64,000 nt of DNA from an uncultured Candidatus Saccharibacteria bacterium (GTDB lineage Bacteria; Patescibacteriota; Minisyncoccia; Phycocordibacterales; JAKFXT01): NCBI GenBank assembly GCA_964385825.1, contig CAYLPX010000001.1, positions 8,124 to 72,123 on the forward strand, in the 5' to 3' direction. The notes under the pieces are model-generated. The model had not been told where the DNA came from. It worked only from the letters and a program-made list of their open reading frames with translations, and ran no database searches. A program made the position numbers and the translations under genes. This document shows, one piece after another, positions 48,823-56,870 of the stretch; positions within the stretch are counted from its first letter, which is position 1, and each line of letters starts with the position of its first letter.

Positions 48823-49152
48823 TTAGTTGAAGGGGAGTGTTAAGCGTAAAATAAGAAATAAAATAATGAACGGGATTGGTGCTAGGAGCCAGCTGTAGAC
48901 ATGTTCCCATTTAAGAAAGAATCCACATACCATCAAAACTCCCGCTAGAATTGCTATACCACAGAGTCCATACAGTGATATGTCTAAAAAACGTGAAAGA
49001 CTACTTGATATGTCACGGCCAGGAATACTAGTTGCAACCAAGAAAAAAGAAATAAAAAATTCGCCAGCGGCTGCAAGAATTCCTAAATATAAATGTAAAA
49101 ACTTCATAAATTTATTTTGCACAATTATACCGTGAGTTGATGGGCCTACCAA
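48823..49152 (-). CDS. small multi-TM membrane protein (paralog of 46312..46647)
   Basis: See paralog; 41-nt overlap with upstream SRPBCC gene. Confidence 0.5.
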   Translation of the reverse strand: MVGPSTHGIIVQNKFMKFLHLYLGILAAAGEFFISFFLVATSIPGRDISSSLSRFLDISLYGLCGIAILAGVLMVCGFFLKWEHVYSWLLAPIPFIILFLILRLTLPFN

Positions 49153-49588
49153 CTATTCTTTTTAATTCATCTATCACCGCCCTTTCCCAGAACTTCATGG
49201 AATACCAGCCAATGAGGGGGCGGGCAACTATACGGAGCCAACGCTTGTGAATCGTGACTTGATAAGTGTAATCAATAGTAGTTCCCTCGGGGTGCGGCGA
49301 GAGTAGAAATTCTTCATGACCCGAAGTTCCAAATTTCGGACTCTCATTATCTGAAATATAGCCTCTTTGGGGGAGGATTTCAGTTTTCATATATACCGGG
49401 AAATTACTTCCAAACGATTTTACCGTTGCATGTATTTCTAACTTATTTCCCTCACATTTTGTGATTTCTAGGGCACTGGCAACTTTTGGGAAATACTCTG
49501 GGAATTTTTCAAAGTCAGTCATTATGTTAAACACCTCAGGTAGTGGTGCTTTAACAAGCCAGGTGGCATGAAGGGTAATATCTTTCAT
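49112..49588 (-). CDS. SRPBCC-superfamily protein (polyketide cyclase/START-like)
   Basis: Length and ...LVKAPLPEVFNIMTDFEKFPEYFP... pattern. Confidence 0.5.
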   Translation of the reverse strand: MKDITLHATWLVKAPLPEVFNIMTDFEKFPEYFPKVASALEITKCEGNKLEIHATVKSFGSNFPVYMKTEILPQRGYISDNESPKFGTSGHEEFLLSPHPEGTTIDYTYQVTIHKRWLRIVARPLIGWYSMKFWERAVIDELKRIVGRPINSRYNCAK

Positions 49589-49703
49589 GTAGGAAGTATA
49601 GCAAAGGAGGGTGGGGGGGGAGAAAAAGAGGTAGGGGCTTTCTATGTTTATTACTGTGGGTAGATGTGAAATGTTTTTTTTAAAATCTTGATATACTTGC
49701 AGT

Positions 49704-49970
49704 ATGCCAGTTGCGAGCTACATTTTTATAATACTTTCTTTATTAGCTCTATTTCCATCAGTAGTTCTATATGGATTTGCGGATGAAGCTGCTCGCGGTG
49801 ACTCAATTAACCTATTCACCGTACTTGTGATTTTTTCACCTCAAATTTTAACTATTGTATCTGTAGTTCTTATCTGTTTTAAAAAAACATCTAAAATTAT
49901 AGTATTTTTGCCGCTTTTTTGTATACCCCCACTATTAGGAACTTTAATCTTTGCCTATTCTTATTATTAA
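49704..49970 (+). CDS. small hypothetical membrane protein
   Basis: ORF track; 2-3 TM helices. Confidence 0.35.
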   Translation: MPVASYIFIILSLLALFPSVVLYGFADEAARGDSINLFTVLVIFSPQILTIVSVVLICFKKTSKIIVFLPLFCIPPLLGTLIFAYSYY

Positions 49971-50023
49971 AAAAGAGCATAGAGATTTTTGGAAATATTC
50001 CTCTGATATGAAGAGATCTTTAG

Positions 50024-50106
50024 AGGGGTAGGGATCTCGACTACCGTCGCGGGTGCTTTTCGATCCCTAACATAAAGGTGTCCCACACCTTTACTCCCGC
50101 GGAGCT
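50024..50106 (-). pseudogene. degenerate tRNA-like remnant (partial duplicate of the adjacent tRNA ends)
   Basis: minus-strand reads AGCUCCGCGGGAG...GUAGUCGAGAUCCCUACCCCUCU; first 10 nt and T-arm-like 3' part resemble the adjacent tRNA 5' and 3' ends; acceptor stem does not close. Confidence 0.3.
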
Positions 50107-50111
50107 TAAAA

Positions 50112-50146
50112 ACAAAAACCACTGGCGTAAGCTAGTGGTTTTTGTT
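50112..50146 (-). terminator. terminator hairpin immediately 3' of the tRNA (centre of about 80-nt palindrome)
   Basis: aaaaaCCACTGGcgtaagCTAGTGGtttttgttttttt; flanked by inverted cccgcggagct / agctccgcggg. Confidence 0.55.
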
Positions 50147-50200
50147 TTTTTGTTTTCTTAGCTCCGCGGGTAGGGATCGAACCTACGACCGACTCGTTAC

Positions 50201-50759
50201 ACAAATTCCTCTATTACTAAAGGGGTGGACTATATCATCATCCTTTTCTTTTTCAAGACTATTGGATGCGAGGCGCTTCGACCTTGTAATTTTACAAGGG
50301 CTACTCCCACTAGGGGATAGTCTCTACACCTTCCGAAATGTTTCTATTTCGGCTTGGCTCGGGATTGCCCGCGCTTTCGCACTAGGGTTTCCCCGAGTTC
50401 ACCTCGTTTTTCAACCAAAATTCCTTTTGGAAGCTGCGTGATGCCGCCATGTATTTCTCTATGACAATTTGCACATATCAGAATGCACTTATCAATTTCT
50501 TGCTTGATTTTTTCTCACGATCGCGTAAGTCCTTTTACGGAAAGACCAAAATCTTTTTTCTTTGGATCAAGGTGGTGAAAATCAAGTGCACCTGAATAGC
50601 GCTTATAGCCACAAATCATACATTTACCGCCCTTATACTCACGGGCCATTTCCCGAAGTCTCTTGCGTCGTTCGGAAACAGCTTTTCGTAAGTATTCAGC
50701 ACGGTCAGCATAGGTTCGTTTTTCTGGCATACTTGCTTAAGTATACCACAAACCTCTCC
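50201..50759 (-). mobile_element. group I intron (IC3-like, tRNA-Leu-intron-type core) carrying an HNH ORF in an expanded P1 loop
   Basis: Core matches cyanobacterial tRNA-Leu(UAA) intron: GGGAAACC, GGCAAUCCCGAGCCAAGCCGAAAUAG, UCGGAAGGUGUAGAGACUA, GGGAGUAGCCCU, AUAGUCC; IGS ACGCAGC just before UUCCAAAAGGAA (P2) can pair with exon GCUGU (G.U at splice site); intron ends in G. Confidence 0.65.
50515..50730 (-). CDS. intron-encoded small HNH endonuclease (putative homing endonuclease)
   Basis: 71 aa; ...GGKCMICGYKRYSGALDFHHLDPKKK... HNH signature; lies within intron. Confidence 0.6.
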   Translation of the reverse strand: MPEKRTYADRAEYLRKAVSERRKRLREMAREYKGGKCMICGYKRYSGALDFHHLDPKKKDFGLSVKGLTRS

Positions 50760-50933
50760 ACAGCGAGCTGCTCTACCGCTGAGCTACCGCGGAGCTAAAA
50801 AAACAATACTTTCTAATTTCAAAGTTCTCTTGGAACGGGGTTATAGTAGCAAAAAAAGGCCAGGGAGGCAAAGGTTGTAATGGAGCCCTATGTGGTAAAA
50901 TATGAGAGTATCCACTAGCTAATTGTATTCATT

Positions 50934-51182
50934 ATGCTCACACTTTTTACAAAAACAGGTTGTCCCTACTGCGCTATGGTTATCCACAAATTAGAAGATC
51001 TCGGCCTTTCATGGGAGGAGAAAAATATAGCTAATGATGAGGTAGCAAGTGAGCTTATTTCACTAGGCGGGAAGCGGCAAGTACCATATTTTATAGACCA
51101 TGATCGCGATACAAAAATGTATGAATCGGGTGATATTGTAGATTATCTAGAGCGAACGTTTGGAGGTAAGAAGCAGGGCTAG
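50934..51182 (+). CDS. glutaredoxin-like protein (NrdH/Grx)
   Basis: CPYC active site, about 80 aa thioredoxin fold. Confidence 0.75.
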   Translation: MLTLFTKTGCPYCAMVIHKLEDLGLSWEEKNIANDEVASELISLGGKRQVPYFIDHDRDTKMYESGDIVDYLERTFGGKKQG

Positions 51183-51202
51183 ATTCCTCTAATTTTCACA
51201 TC

Positions 51203-51439
51203 ATGTACGTTAAGGTGCAGGCAGTAACGAAGGCAAAGGAGGAGAAATTGGAAGAAGTAAAACCTCTATATCTGAAAATATGTGTTAGGGAAAAGCCGGA
51301 GCGTAACCTAGCGAACACTCGTATAGTTTCTATGGTAGCCAGTTTTTACGGGGTGGGGGAGGAGAAGGTTCGCATTATCTCTGGCCATCACCATCACTCT
51401 AAAATGCTGAGCATTTCGGTGAAAAAGGATGAGAAGTGA
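51203..51439 (+). CDS. DUF167/YggU (UPF0235) family protein
   Basis: ...KICVREKPERNLANTRIVSMVASFYGVGEEKVRIISGHHHHSKMLSI matches YggU pattern. Confidence 0.5.
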   Translation: MYVKVQAVTKAKEEKLEEVKPLYLKICVREKPERNLANTRIVSMVASFYGVGEEKVRIISGHHHHSKMLSISVKKDEK

Positions 51440-51479
51440 TCGTGATAGAATGTAAGTATTAAAGGCTAACGGTAATCCT

Positions 51480-51845
51480 ATGCGTATACAAACAAAAGCA
51501 ACCAATACTACTCTTACACCAAGTATTGAGAACTATATTGCAAAGAAAGTTGAAGGATTGGAAAGATTGATCAGACAGAGTGATAGCAGTGCTAGTCTTT
51601 CCGTTGAAGTTGCGCGCACAACCGAGCATCATAAAAAGGGAGACATTTTCCGGGCAGAGTTTAACCTCCACACTAAAGAGGGAGATTTCCATGCTGTGTC
51701 AGAACGTAAGGATATTTACACAGCATTAGACGAGGTAAAAGATGAGTTGCTTGATGCCTTTAAAACAAAAAAGGGAAAGAAAATGCGACTTATACGCAAA
51801 GGGCAGTTGAAAGTTAAGGAAGTTGTGCGACAATTCTATCAATAA
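51480..51845 (+). CDS. hpf: ribosome hibernation promoting factor / RaiA (S30AE family)
   Basis: MRIQTKATN...LTPSIENYIAKKVEGLERL...FRAEFNLH typical. Confidence 0.85.
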   Translation: MRIQTKATNTTLTPSIENYIAKKVEGLERLIRQSDSSASLSVEVARTTEHHKKGDIFRAEFNLHTKEGDFHAVSERKDIYTALDEVKDELLDAFKTKKGKKMRLIRKGQLKVKEVVRQFYQ

Positions 51846-51865
51846 TAGCTTAATCCAATTTCTTC

Positions 51866-52531
51866 ATGTTAAAAAGTAAGGTTTCTTTTATTGCTGCATG
51901 GTCCGCTATTGCCGCCGCATCAGCATTCTGTCTTTATACGGCTGGTCTCTTGTATTTTTTCAGTCAGACATTAGTATACGCGGATGACATCACTTATAAA
52001 TCACATGTGGCCTCCGGTCCACTCAAAACATTCACAGGTATGGTTACAGTAGAAACAAATTACGGTACGATTAAGTTTGAATTACTTCCTGCAGATGCAC
52101 CAAACACGGTACAGAACTTTACTCGCCTTGCAACACAGCAATTTTTTGATGGGACACGCTTCCACCGTGTTATTAAGGGCTTTATGATTCAGGGCGGTGA
52201 TCCACAAAGTAAGGACGCATCACTCATAGAACGCTGGGGAACCGGTGGTCCTGGATATGCTTTTGCGGACGAGATTAATAAGGGAAGTGCGCTCTATGCA
52301 AACGGATATCCTCGAGGAACTGTAGCTATGGCTAATTCAGGGCCAAACACTAATGGTAGCCAATTCTTTATCATGCAAGCTGATAATATGTTGCCCCCAC
52401 TTTACACCATCTTTGGTAAGGTAGTTTCTGGACTTGAGGTGGTAGATAAAATTGCATCAGTCAAAACAACTGGTCAACCAAAAGACCGACCACTTACTGA
52501 TGTACTCGTGAAGAAGGTAACAGTGGAGTAA
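51866..52531 (+). CDS. cyclophilin-type peptidyl-prolyl cis-trans isomerase with N-terminal membrane anchor
   Basis: HRVIKGFMIQGGDP, GTVAMANSGPNTNGSQFFI. Confidence 0.9.
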   Translation: MLKSKVSFIAAWSAIAAASAFCLYTAGLLYFFSQTLVYADDITYKSHVASGPLKTFTGMVTVETNYGTIKFELLPADAPNTVQNFTRLATQQFFDGTRFHRVIKGFMIQGGDPQSKDASLIERWGTGGPGYAFADEINKGSALYANGYPRGTVAMANSGPNTNGSQFFIMQADNMLPPLYTIFGKVVSGLEVVDKIASVKTTGQPKDRPLTDVLVKKVTVE

Positions 52532-53416
52532 TTAGTTACCGCGTAGAAAATCAGTATAATCCATCTCGCGTCCTCCCTCTGGGAGGACGCGTTTGATTTG
52601 GAAACTGTTATTTTCCCAAAAAGCCTGTTTGACTATGACGCGCACAGGTTTGTCTTTGCGCGTGGTGAAGAAATAGGTGCCAGGCCAGTCTTGATAGGCA
52701 AGGTATTTCAAATAGTTTTTCCGGCCATCATCTTCGAGTTTTATTTCACCATCTTCTTTTTTAATCATTTTGCAAATAGTAGCTTTATCGCTGTTCTGTG
52801 GCTCTGGCGTGAGTTCACCAGAAATGTAAGGGTTGATACTGTGAGCCAGAAGTCTGCCGCCAATGTCAGCCAAGAGTCGCATGAGGACTGGAGCGGGCAT
52901 GGGGAGCGCTCTTTCGTGGATTTTCTCTTGTGCAAGAATCGGCCCACTGTCCATTCCTTCATCAAGGAGCATAATTGAGACGCCAACTTCCTTATCGTCA
53001 TGCAAGATCTGCGCCTCAATGGGGGAGGGGCCGCGATACTTCGGGAGGAGGGATGGATGCACATTGAGAACCCCGTGCTTTGGGATGGAGAGCACCGCTT
53101 TTGGTAGAAGTTTTCCGTAGGAGGCTACTACAAAAAAGTCATATGATTTTTTCTGTAGCTCTGTTCTGGCTACTGTATCTAATTTTTCTGGTTGGAAAAC
53201 GGGAATTTTATTTTCGAGCGCCCAGAGTTTAATGGGTGGGGGAGTCATTTCTTGGTTTCTACCTTTTGGCCGGTCTGGTGGACAGACTACTAACTCCGGG
53301 GTTAGTCCCTCACGTTTAAGCTCGGTAGCAACACCAACTGAGAAGGTATCGGTGCCGAAGAATACCCATGGCAGGTTAACAGGAATAGGCTCGTCTAAGG
53401 TATCAAAGTCGTACAT
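52532..53416 (-). CDS. fmt: methionyl-tRNA formyltransferase
   Basis: VVASYGKLLPKAVLSIPKHGVLNVHPSLLPKYRGPSPIEAQIL. Confidence 0.9.
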   Translation of the reverse strand: MYDFDTLDEPIPVNLPWVFFGTDTFSVGVATELKREGLTPELVVCPPDRPKGRNQEMTPPPIKLWALENKIPVFQPEKLDTVARTELQKKSYDFFVVASYGKLLPKAVLSIPKHGVLNVHPSLLPKYRGPSPIEAQILHDDKEVGVSIMLLDEGMDSGPILAQEKIHERALPMPAPVLMRLLADIGGRLLAHSINPYISGELTPEPQNSDKATICKMIKKEDGEIKLEDDGRKNYLKYLAYQDWPGTYFFTTRKDKPVRVIVKQAFWENNSFQIKRVLPEGGREMDYTDFLRGN

Positions 53417-53419
53417 AGA

Positions 53420-53980
53420 TTATGAGCGTTTAGTTCTAACTTCTCGTACTTTTTCTGGTGGAATCTCTTCTATATCTTTGGCCTTGTCTATAAAAAGAAC
53501 ACCATTCAAATGATCTGTTTCGTGCTGGAAAACTTGTGCAAGTAGGCCCGAAGCTCCCATAACAAAAGGAGTACCATGTTCGTTATAGGCTTTTATCTTT
53601 GCTTTTTTAGAACGAGAAACTTTGCCGTAGAGCCAGCGCACCGAAAGGCATCCCTCTTCCACCCATTTCTTATCGCGGGAAAGTTTTAGTATTTCAGGGT
53701 TGATAAAAACAAGATCATCTTTAGAGTCCCCTGTTTCAAGCGGTCTTTCATTGTCTCCTTCGTCATCAAAAAGTTCAAATACTTTGTGAGATACCACGAA
53801 AATGCGAAGCGACACGCCGATTTGAGGCGCAGCTATAGCCACCCCATCATCTTGTGTGGCTAGAGCCTTTTTCATGTCACTGATTATCTTTTGGATAATA
53901 GGGCTTTCTATCTCACTTACCTTCACCTCTTTAGCTGTGTCTCGTAGAAGGGCAGTGTCTTTACCGACTATTTTAACCAT
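53420..53980 (-). CDS. def: peptide deformylase
   Basis: GIGLAAPQ-like GVAIAAPQIG, EGCLSV, QHETDHLNG. Confidence 0.9.
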   Translation of the reverse strand: MVKIVGKDTALLRDTAKEVKVSEIESPIIQKIISDMKKALATQDDGVAIAAPQIGVSLRIFVVSHKVFELFDDEGDNERPLETGDSKDDLVFINPEILKLSRDKKWVEEGCLSVRWLYGKVSRSKKAKIKAYNEHGTPFVMGASGLLAQVFQHETDHLNGVLFIDKAKDIEEIPPEKVREVRTKRS

Positions 53981-54026
53981 TGTGGGTATTATATTTCTTT
54001 TTAGGCCTTTTTGGAATTAGGAGTTT

Positions 54027-55907
54027 TTACAAAATACTTTCAGGATCAATTTCAATGCGGTATTCCCGTGGGAGTTCGGCGAGAGTTTTAAGTATTTTTT
54101 CGCTCACCTGGGAGTGTCCCTTAAGGCGCAGAAGCATATGGAGAATGTGAGTACCTTGCTTACCGGGCACAAAGGCGGGAAATACTTCAGGTTCTACGTC
54201 ACTGAAGGTTTGCATAAGTGTTTCCATACTTGCAATAGCCTTATCTTTCACAGCTTCAACGCTAATTTTTACAATCGTGTAGTACGGTGGCCACTTGAAT
54301 AGTTCGCGCATTTTTAATTCTTCACGGTAGAAGTTCATCGTGTCACCCCGTACAGCATTACCAAAAACAGAAAGTTCTGCACGTCTCGTTTGGATAAGGA
54401 ATCGGTAGCGAGTAAGTTGTTTGATATACGAGAGTAACCAAAACACCCGTTCATTAATCTTGAAATCGGGCAGGGCGAAAAAGCTATCGAGTGATACGAT
54501 GGCCGAGCGTTCTATTTTCTTGTGAAGATAGGTGAGAGCGAATTCGGTACCGATAAGTATTCCTGCAGGGCTATGCATGTATTGAGTGACAAGCTCTCGC
54601 GCTACTTTACTGTTTTTAGCCGTGTCGCTGGTGAGGACATAGACGTTAGCCTCTGGGAAAAGTTTTTTCACTTCCTCTTCTACTCTTTCAACCCCGATAC
54701 CGAGGGGTTTGAGATTCCAGCCGGTACAAGTTCGGCAGCCTTCTAGTGCAGTACGACGTTCGCCACAATGGTGACATAGGAAGTGTGCCTTTTCTTGTTC
54801 GCCATGAAGCACTACAGGCGCTCCACAATGAAGGCAGAGTACTACTGCTCCACAGTCATTACATACAGTAAGTGGGGAGAGGCCACGGCGACTGGCAAAG
54901 AGGAACGTGCGTTCGTTATTTTCTAACCCCTCACCTATAAAGCTTTTCAACTCTTTGCTGATAATAGCGAAATCTTTTTTCTCACCATTTTGTTCGTGGC
55001 GCATGTCCACAAGCATGCTTTCAGTGCTGGCCCCCACACGCATTTTAGTTGCCCCAATACGTTCAAGGGTGTGATCCTCCTCTCTCTTTAGGGTCTCAAC
55101 ACGCACAGCAGTATCACTTAAAATAAAAGTAGCCCCATAACTCTCTGCGAGTAGTTCGGCTGCGATACGCGCATCAGGGTAGGGGCGCTGAAGTTGTTTA
55201 TAAAAGCGTGAACTCTCGTGCTCGATGATGATGAGGCTAAGGTCGTGGCGCGGAATAGTAAGGAACAGTGGTGTTCCCACTATGAGAATGGGATGCGCGA
55301 TATGAAGTGCTTCTTTCCATGTTTGCTGCAAATGCTTTTTGGTTAAAGCGCTTTCAAAAAGAAACGCGAAATCTTCTATGCCGCGAGACAATTCTTCAAA
55401 GAAGTAAGTACTTTCTTCAATGGTTGGAAAACAAATGAAGACCGACTCTCCGCGAGCGAAACGCTCGCGGATAAGCCCTCGGTATTCAAGGAGTCGATCT
55501 TCTTCACTTGCTTGGAAAAAGTATTTCTCACTATAAACTTTCTTTTTGAATACATGAGCTTTGGTACCGTGTCCCTCCTCAAGTACGAAGCGAGGGGTGA
55601 AAAAGGGGAGGAGCGAGCCTACAGAGCCGAGTGAGCGCTCAGCTACACGGTTAGCCGCTTCAAGGGTTTCTTCAAAGTACAGCATTTCAGTTTTTACTGC
55701 TCCTAATTTCTTTAACGCGAAGTTTGCGTCTTTAAGAGACAGTTTACTTTCAACGAGTAGTGAAGTGTTTGTGATAAGGGCTGGTATTTTCTGTGAGCGG
55801 ACAGGGACTGATACTAGTGACCCGATTTTGATACCTTTAGCACTAAAATAAGAAAGTGTTTCTCGCTCTAAGCCTTTTTTGAGGGGGATACAATCAATGC
55901 GAAACAT
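54027..55907 (-). CDS. priA: primosomal protein N' (PriA)-like with Cys4-Cys4 zinc region; Walker A/B motifs appear degenerate
   Basis: C-terminal CNDCGAVVLCLHCGAPVVLH...FLCHHCGERRTALEGCRTCTG; N-terminal 3'-binding-like domain; no GxGKT; DEEH position reads IIIEHES. Confidence 0.65.
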   Translation of the reverse strand: MFRIDCIPLKKGLERETLSYFSAKGIKIGSLVSVPVRSQKIPALITNTSLLVESKLSLKDANFALKKLGAVKTEMLYFEETLEAANRVAERSLGSVGSLLPFFTPRFVLEEGHGTKAHVFKKKVYSEKYFFQASEEDRLLEYRGLIRERFARGESVFICFPTIEESTYFFEELSRGIEDFAFLFESALTKKHLQQTWKEALHIAHPILIVGTPLFLTIPRHDLSLIIIEHESSRFYKQLQRPYPDARIAAELLAESYGATFILSDTAVRVETLKREEDHTLERIGATKMRVGASTESMLVDMRHEQNGEKKDFAIISKELKSFIGEGLENNERTFLFASRRGLSPLTVCNDCGAVVLCLHCGAPVVLHGEQEKAHFLCHHCGERRTALEGCRTCTGWNLKPLGIGVERVEEEVKKLFPEANVYVLTSDTAKNSKVARELVTQYMHSPAGILIGTEFALTYLHKKIERSAIVSLDSFFALPDFKINERVFWLLSYIKQLTRYRFLIQTRRAELSVFGNAVRGDTMNFYREELKMRELFKWPPYYTIVKISVEAVKDKAIASMETLMQTFSDVEPEVFPAFVPGKQGTHILHMLLRLKGHSQVSEKILKTLAELPREYRIEIDPESIL

Positions 55908-55916
55908 ACAAAGGAA

Positions 55917-56660
55917 TTACCATGAAAGCTCCATTAACGTACCGAAGTCTTTGATAAGGAGAGTGTGGTTGGCTGAGAGGGTGAAGGTGGGTGATAAGCC
56001 TTTGTATAGGGGTTGGAAGTTCGGAGTTTTATCATCTGTGAGTTCTAATGCATAAATCCCATTGTCTGAAGCAATGATGGCTACATCTGCGTACTCAGGG
56101 AAAAAGGAAAAGGCCCGGATAGGATATATGCCCTTGTAGACAGGAGTACTCTCTTTGGTATTTAGATAGAGTGCATCACCTTCTTTGTAGAGGGTGGTGC
56201 TAGCGACGTTACTCATCGCCACATCTTTGTAACTTGCTGCACTGATTAGATCATCAATCTTGTAATATTCTGGATCTGCATCGGTGATAATAGAACCACT
56301 TGGATTTTTATTGATAGTGAATGGATGAAAGGTGAGTCTCTCGCCACTTTTGATAGTAATAGTTTTAGCCCATGGCCAGTAGCCATTCTTTTCAACAGCA
56401 AGTAGGTGATTGCCTGGTGCTACCCCCTTGCGAACAAAAAGTTCTTGTTCTTTGGTTGTTTTGCCGATAAAGGTTTTGTCGAGGTAAAGGTTGGTTTCGG
56501 CATGCGGGACTATGACAGTAAGTGTGCCGGGCCTTAAGACGTGTAGCGAAGAAGTGATTCTAAATCCAAAATAGAAAAATATCGCTCCTACAATGAAAAA
56601 TAAGGGAAGTATTCGGGTAAGTACTAGTGATATTAGGTGCTTTAAAAAAGGGGTATCCAT
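55917..56660 (-). CDS. membrane-anchored PEGA-domain protein
   Basis: N-terminal TM; LYLDKTFIGKTTKEQELFVRKGVAPGNHLLAVEKNGYWPWAKTITI PEGA-like. Confidence 0.5.
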   Translation of the reverse strand: MDTPFLKHLISLVLTRILPLFFIVGAIFFYFGFRITSSLHVLRPGTLTVIVPHAETNLYLDKTFIGKTTKEQELFVRKGVAPGNHLLAVEKNGYWPWAKTITIKSGERLTFHPFTINKNPSGSIITDADPEYYKIDDLISAASYKDVAMSNVASTTLYKEGDALYLNTKESTPVYKGIYPIRAFSFFPEYADVAIIASDNGIYALELTDDKTPNFQPLYKGLSPTFTLSANHTLLIKDFGTLMELSW

Positions 56661-56870
56661 AGAAAAGTGATACCTCTATACTCTCAAAAAAATCTAGGTA
56701 TGTAAAATTAACGATATTTAGGTTTTGAAGTAAAATCCATGCTTCATACTATAGCGAAGGAAGTTTGCAGTAGTTCAAGGCGTAAGCGAGGCTTACGATT
56801 AAGCGGTAGGAAGTACTACTGCGCAGGAGTAAATGAGCGAAACAACGCAGAAATACTGCAAACTAACAAG

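Larger units (their letters stand above)
50162..50793 (-). tRNA. tRNA, most likely Asn(GUU) (alternative Thr(UGU)), interrupted in the anticodon loop by a roughly 560-nt group I intron
   Basis: 5' exon (50793..50760) UCCGCGG-UA-GCUC-AGCGGUA-GAGC-A-GCUCG-CUGU; 3' exon (50199..50162) UAA-CGAGU-CGGUC-GUAGG-UUCGAUC-CCUAC-CCGCGGA-G; all stems pair; loop CUGU|UAA; U1:A72 and G73 fit Asn identity; no encoded CCA. Confidence 0.7.

Noticed and set aside
50024-50106. A second, plus-strand tRNA convergent with the intron-containing tRNA
   Set aside because: No 7-nt T-loop with a closing 5-bp stem and no acceptor pairing on the plus strand; similarity is explained by a minus-strand remnant plus the palindromic CCGCGG acceptor segment.
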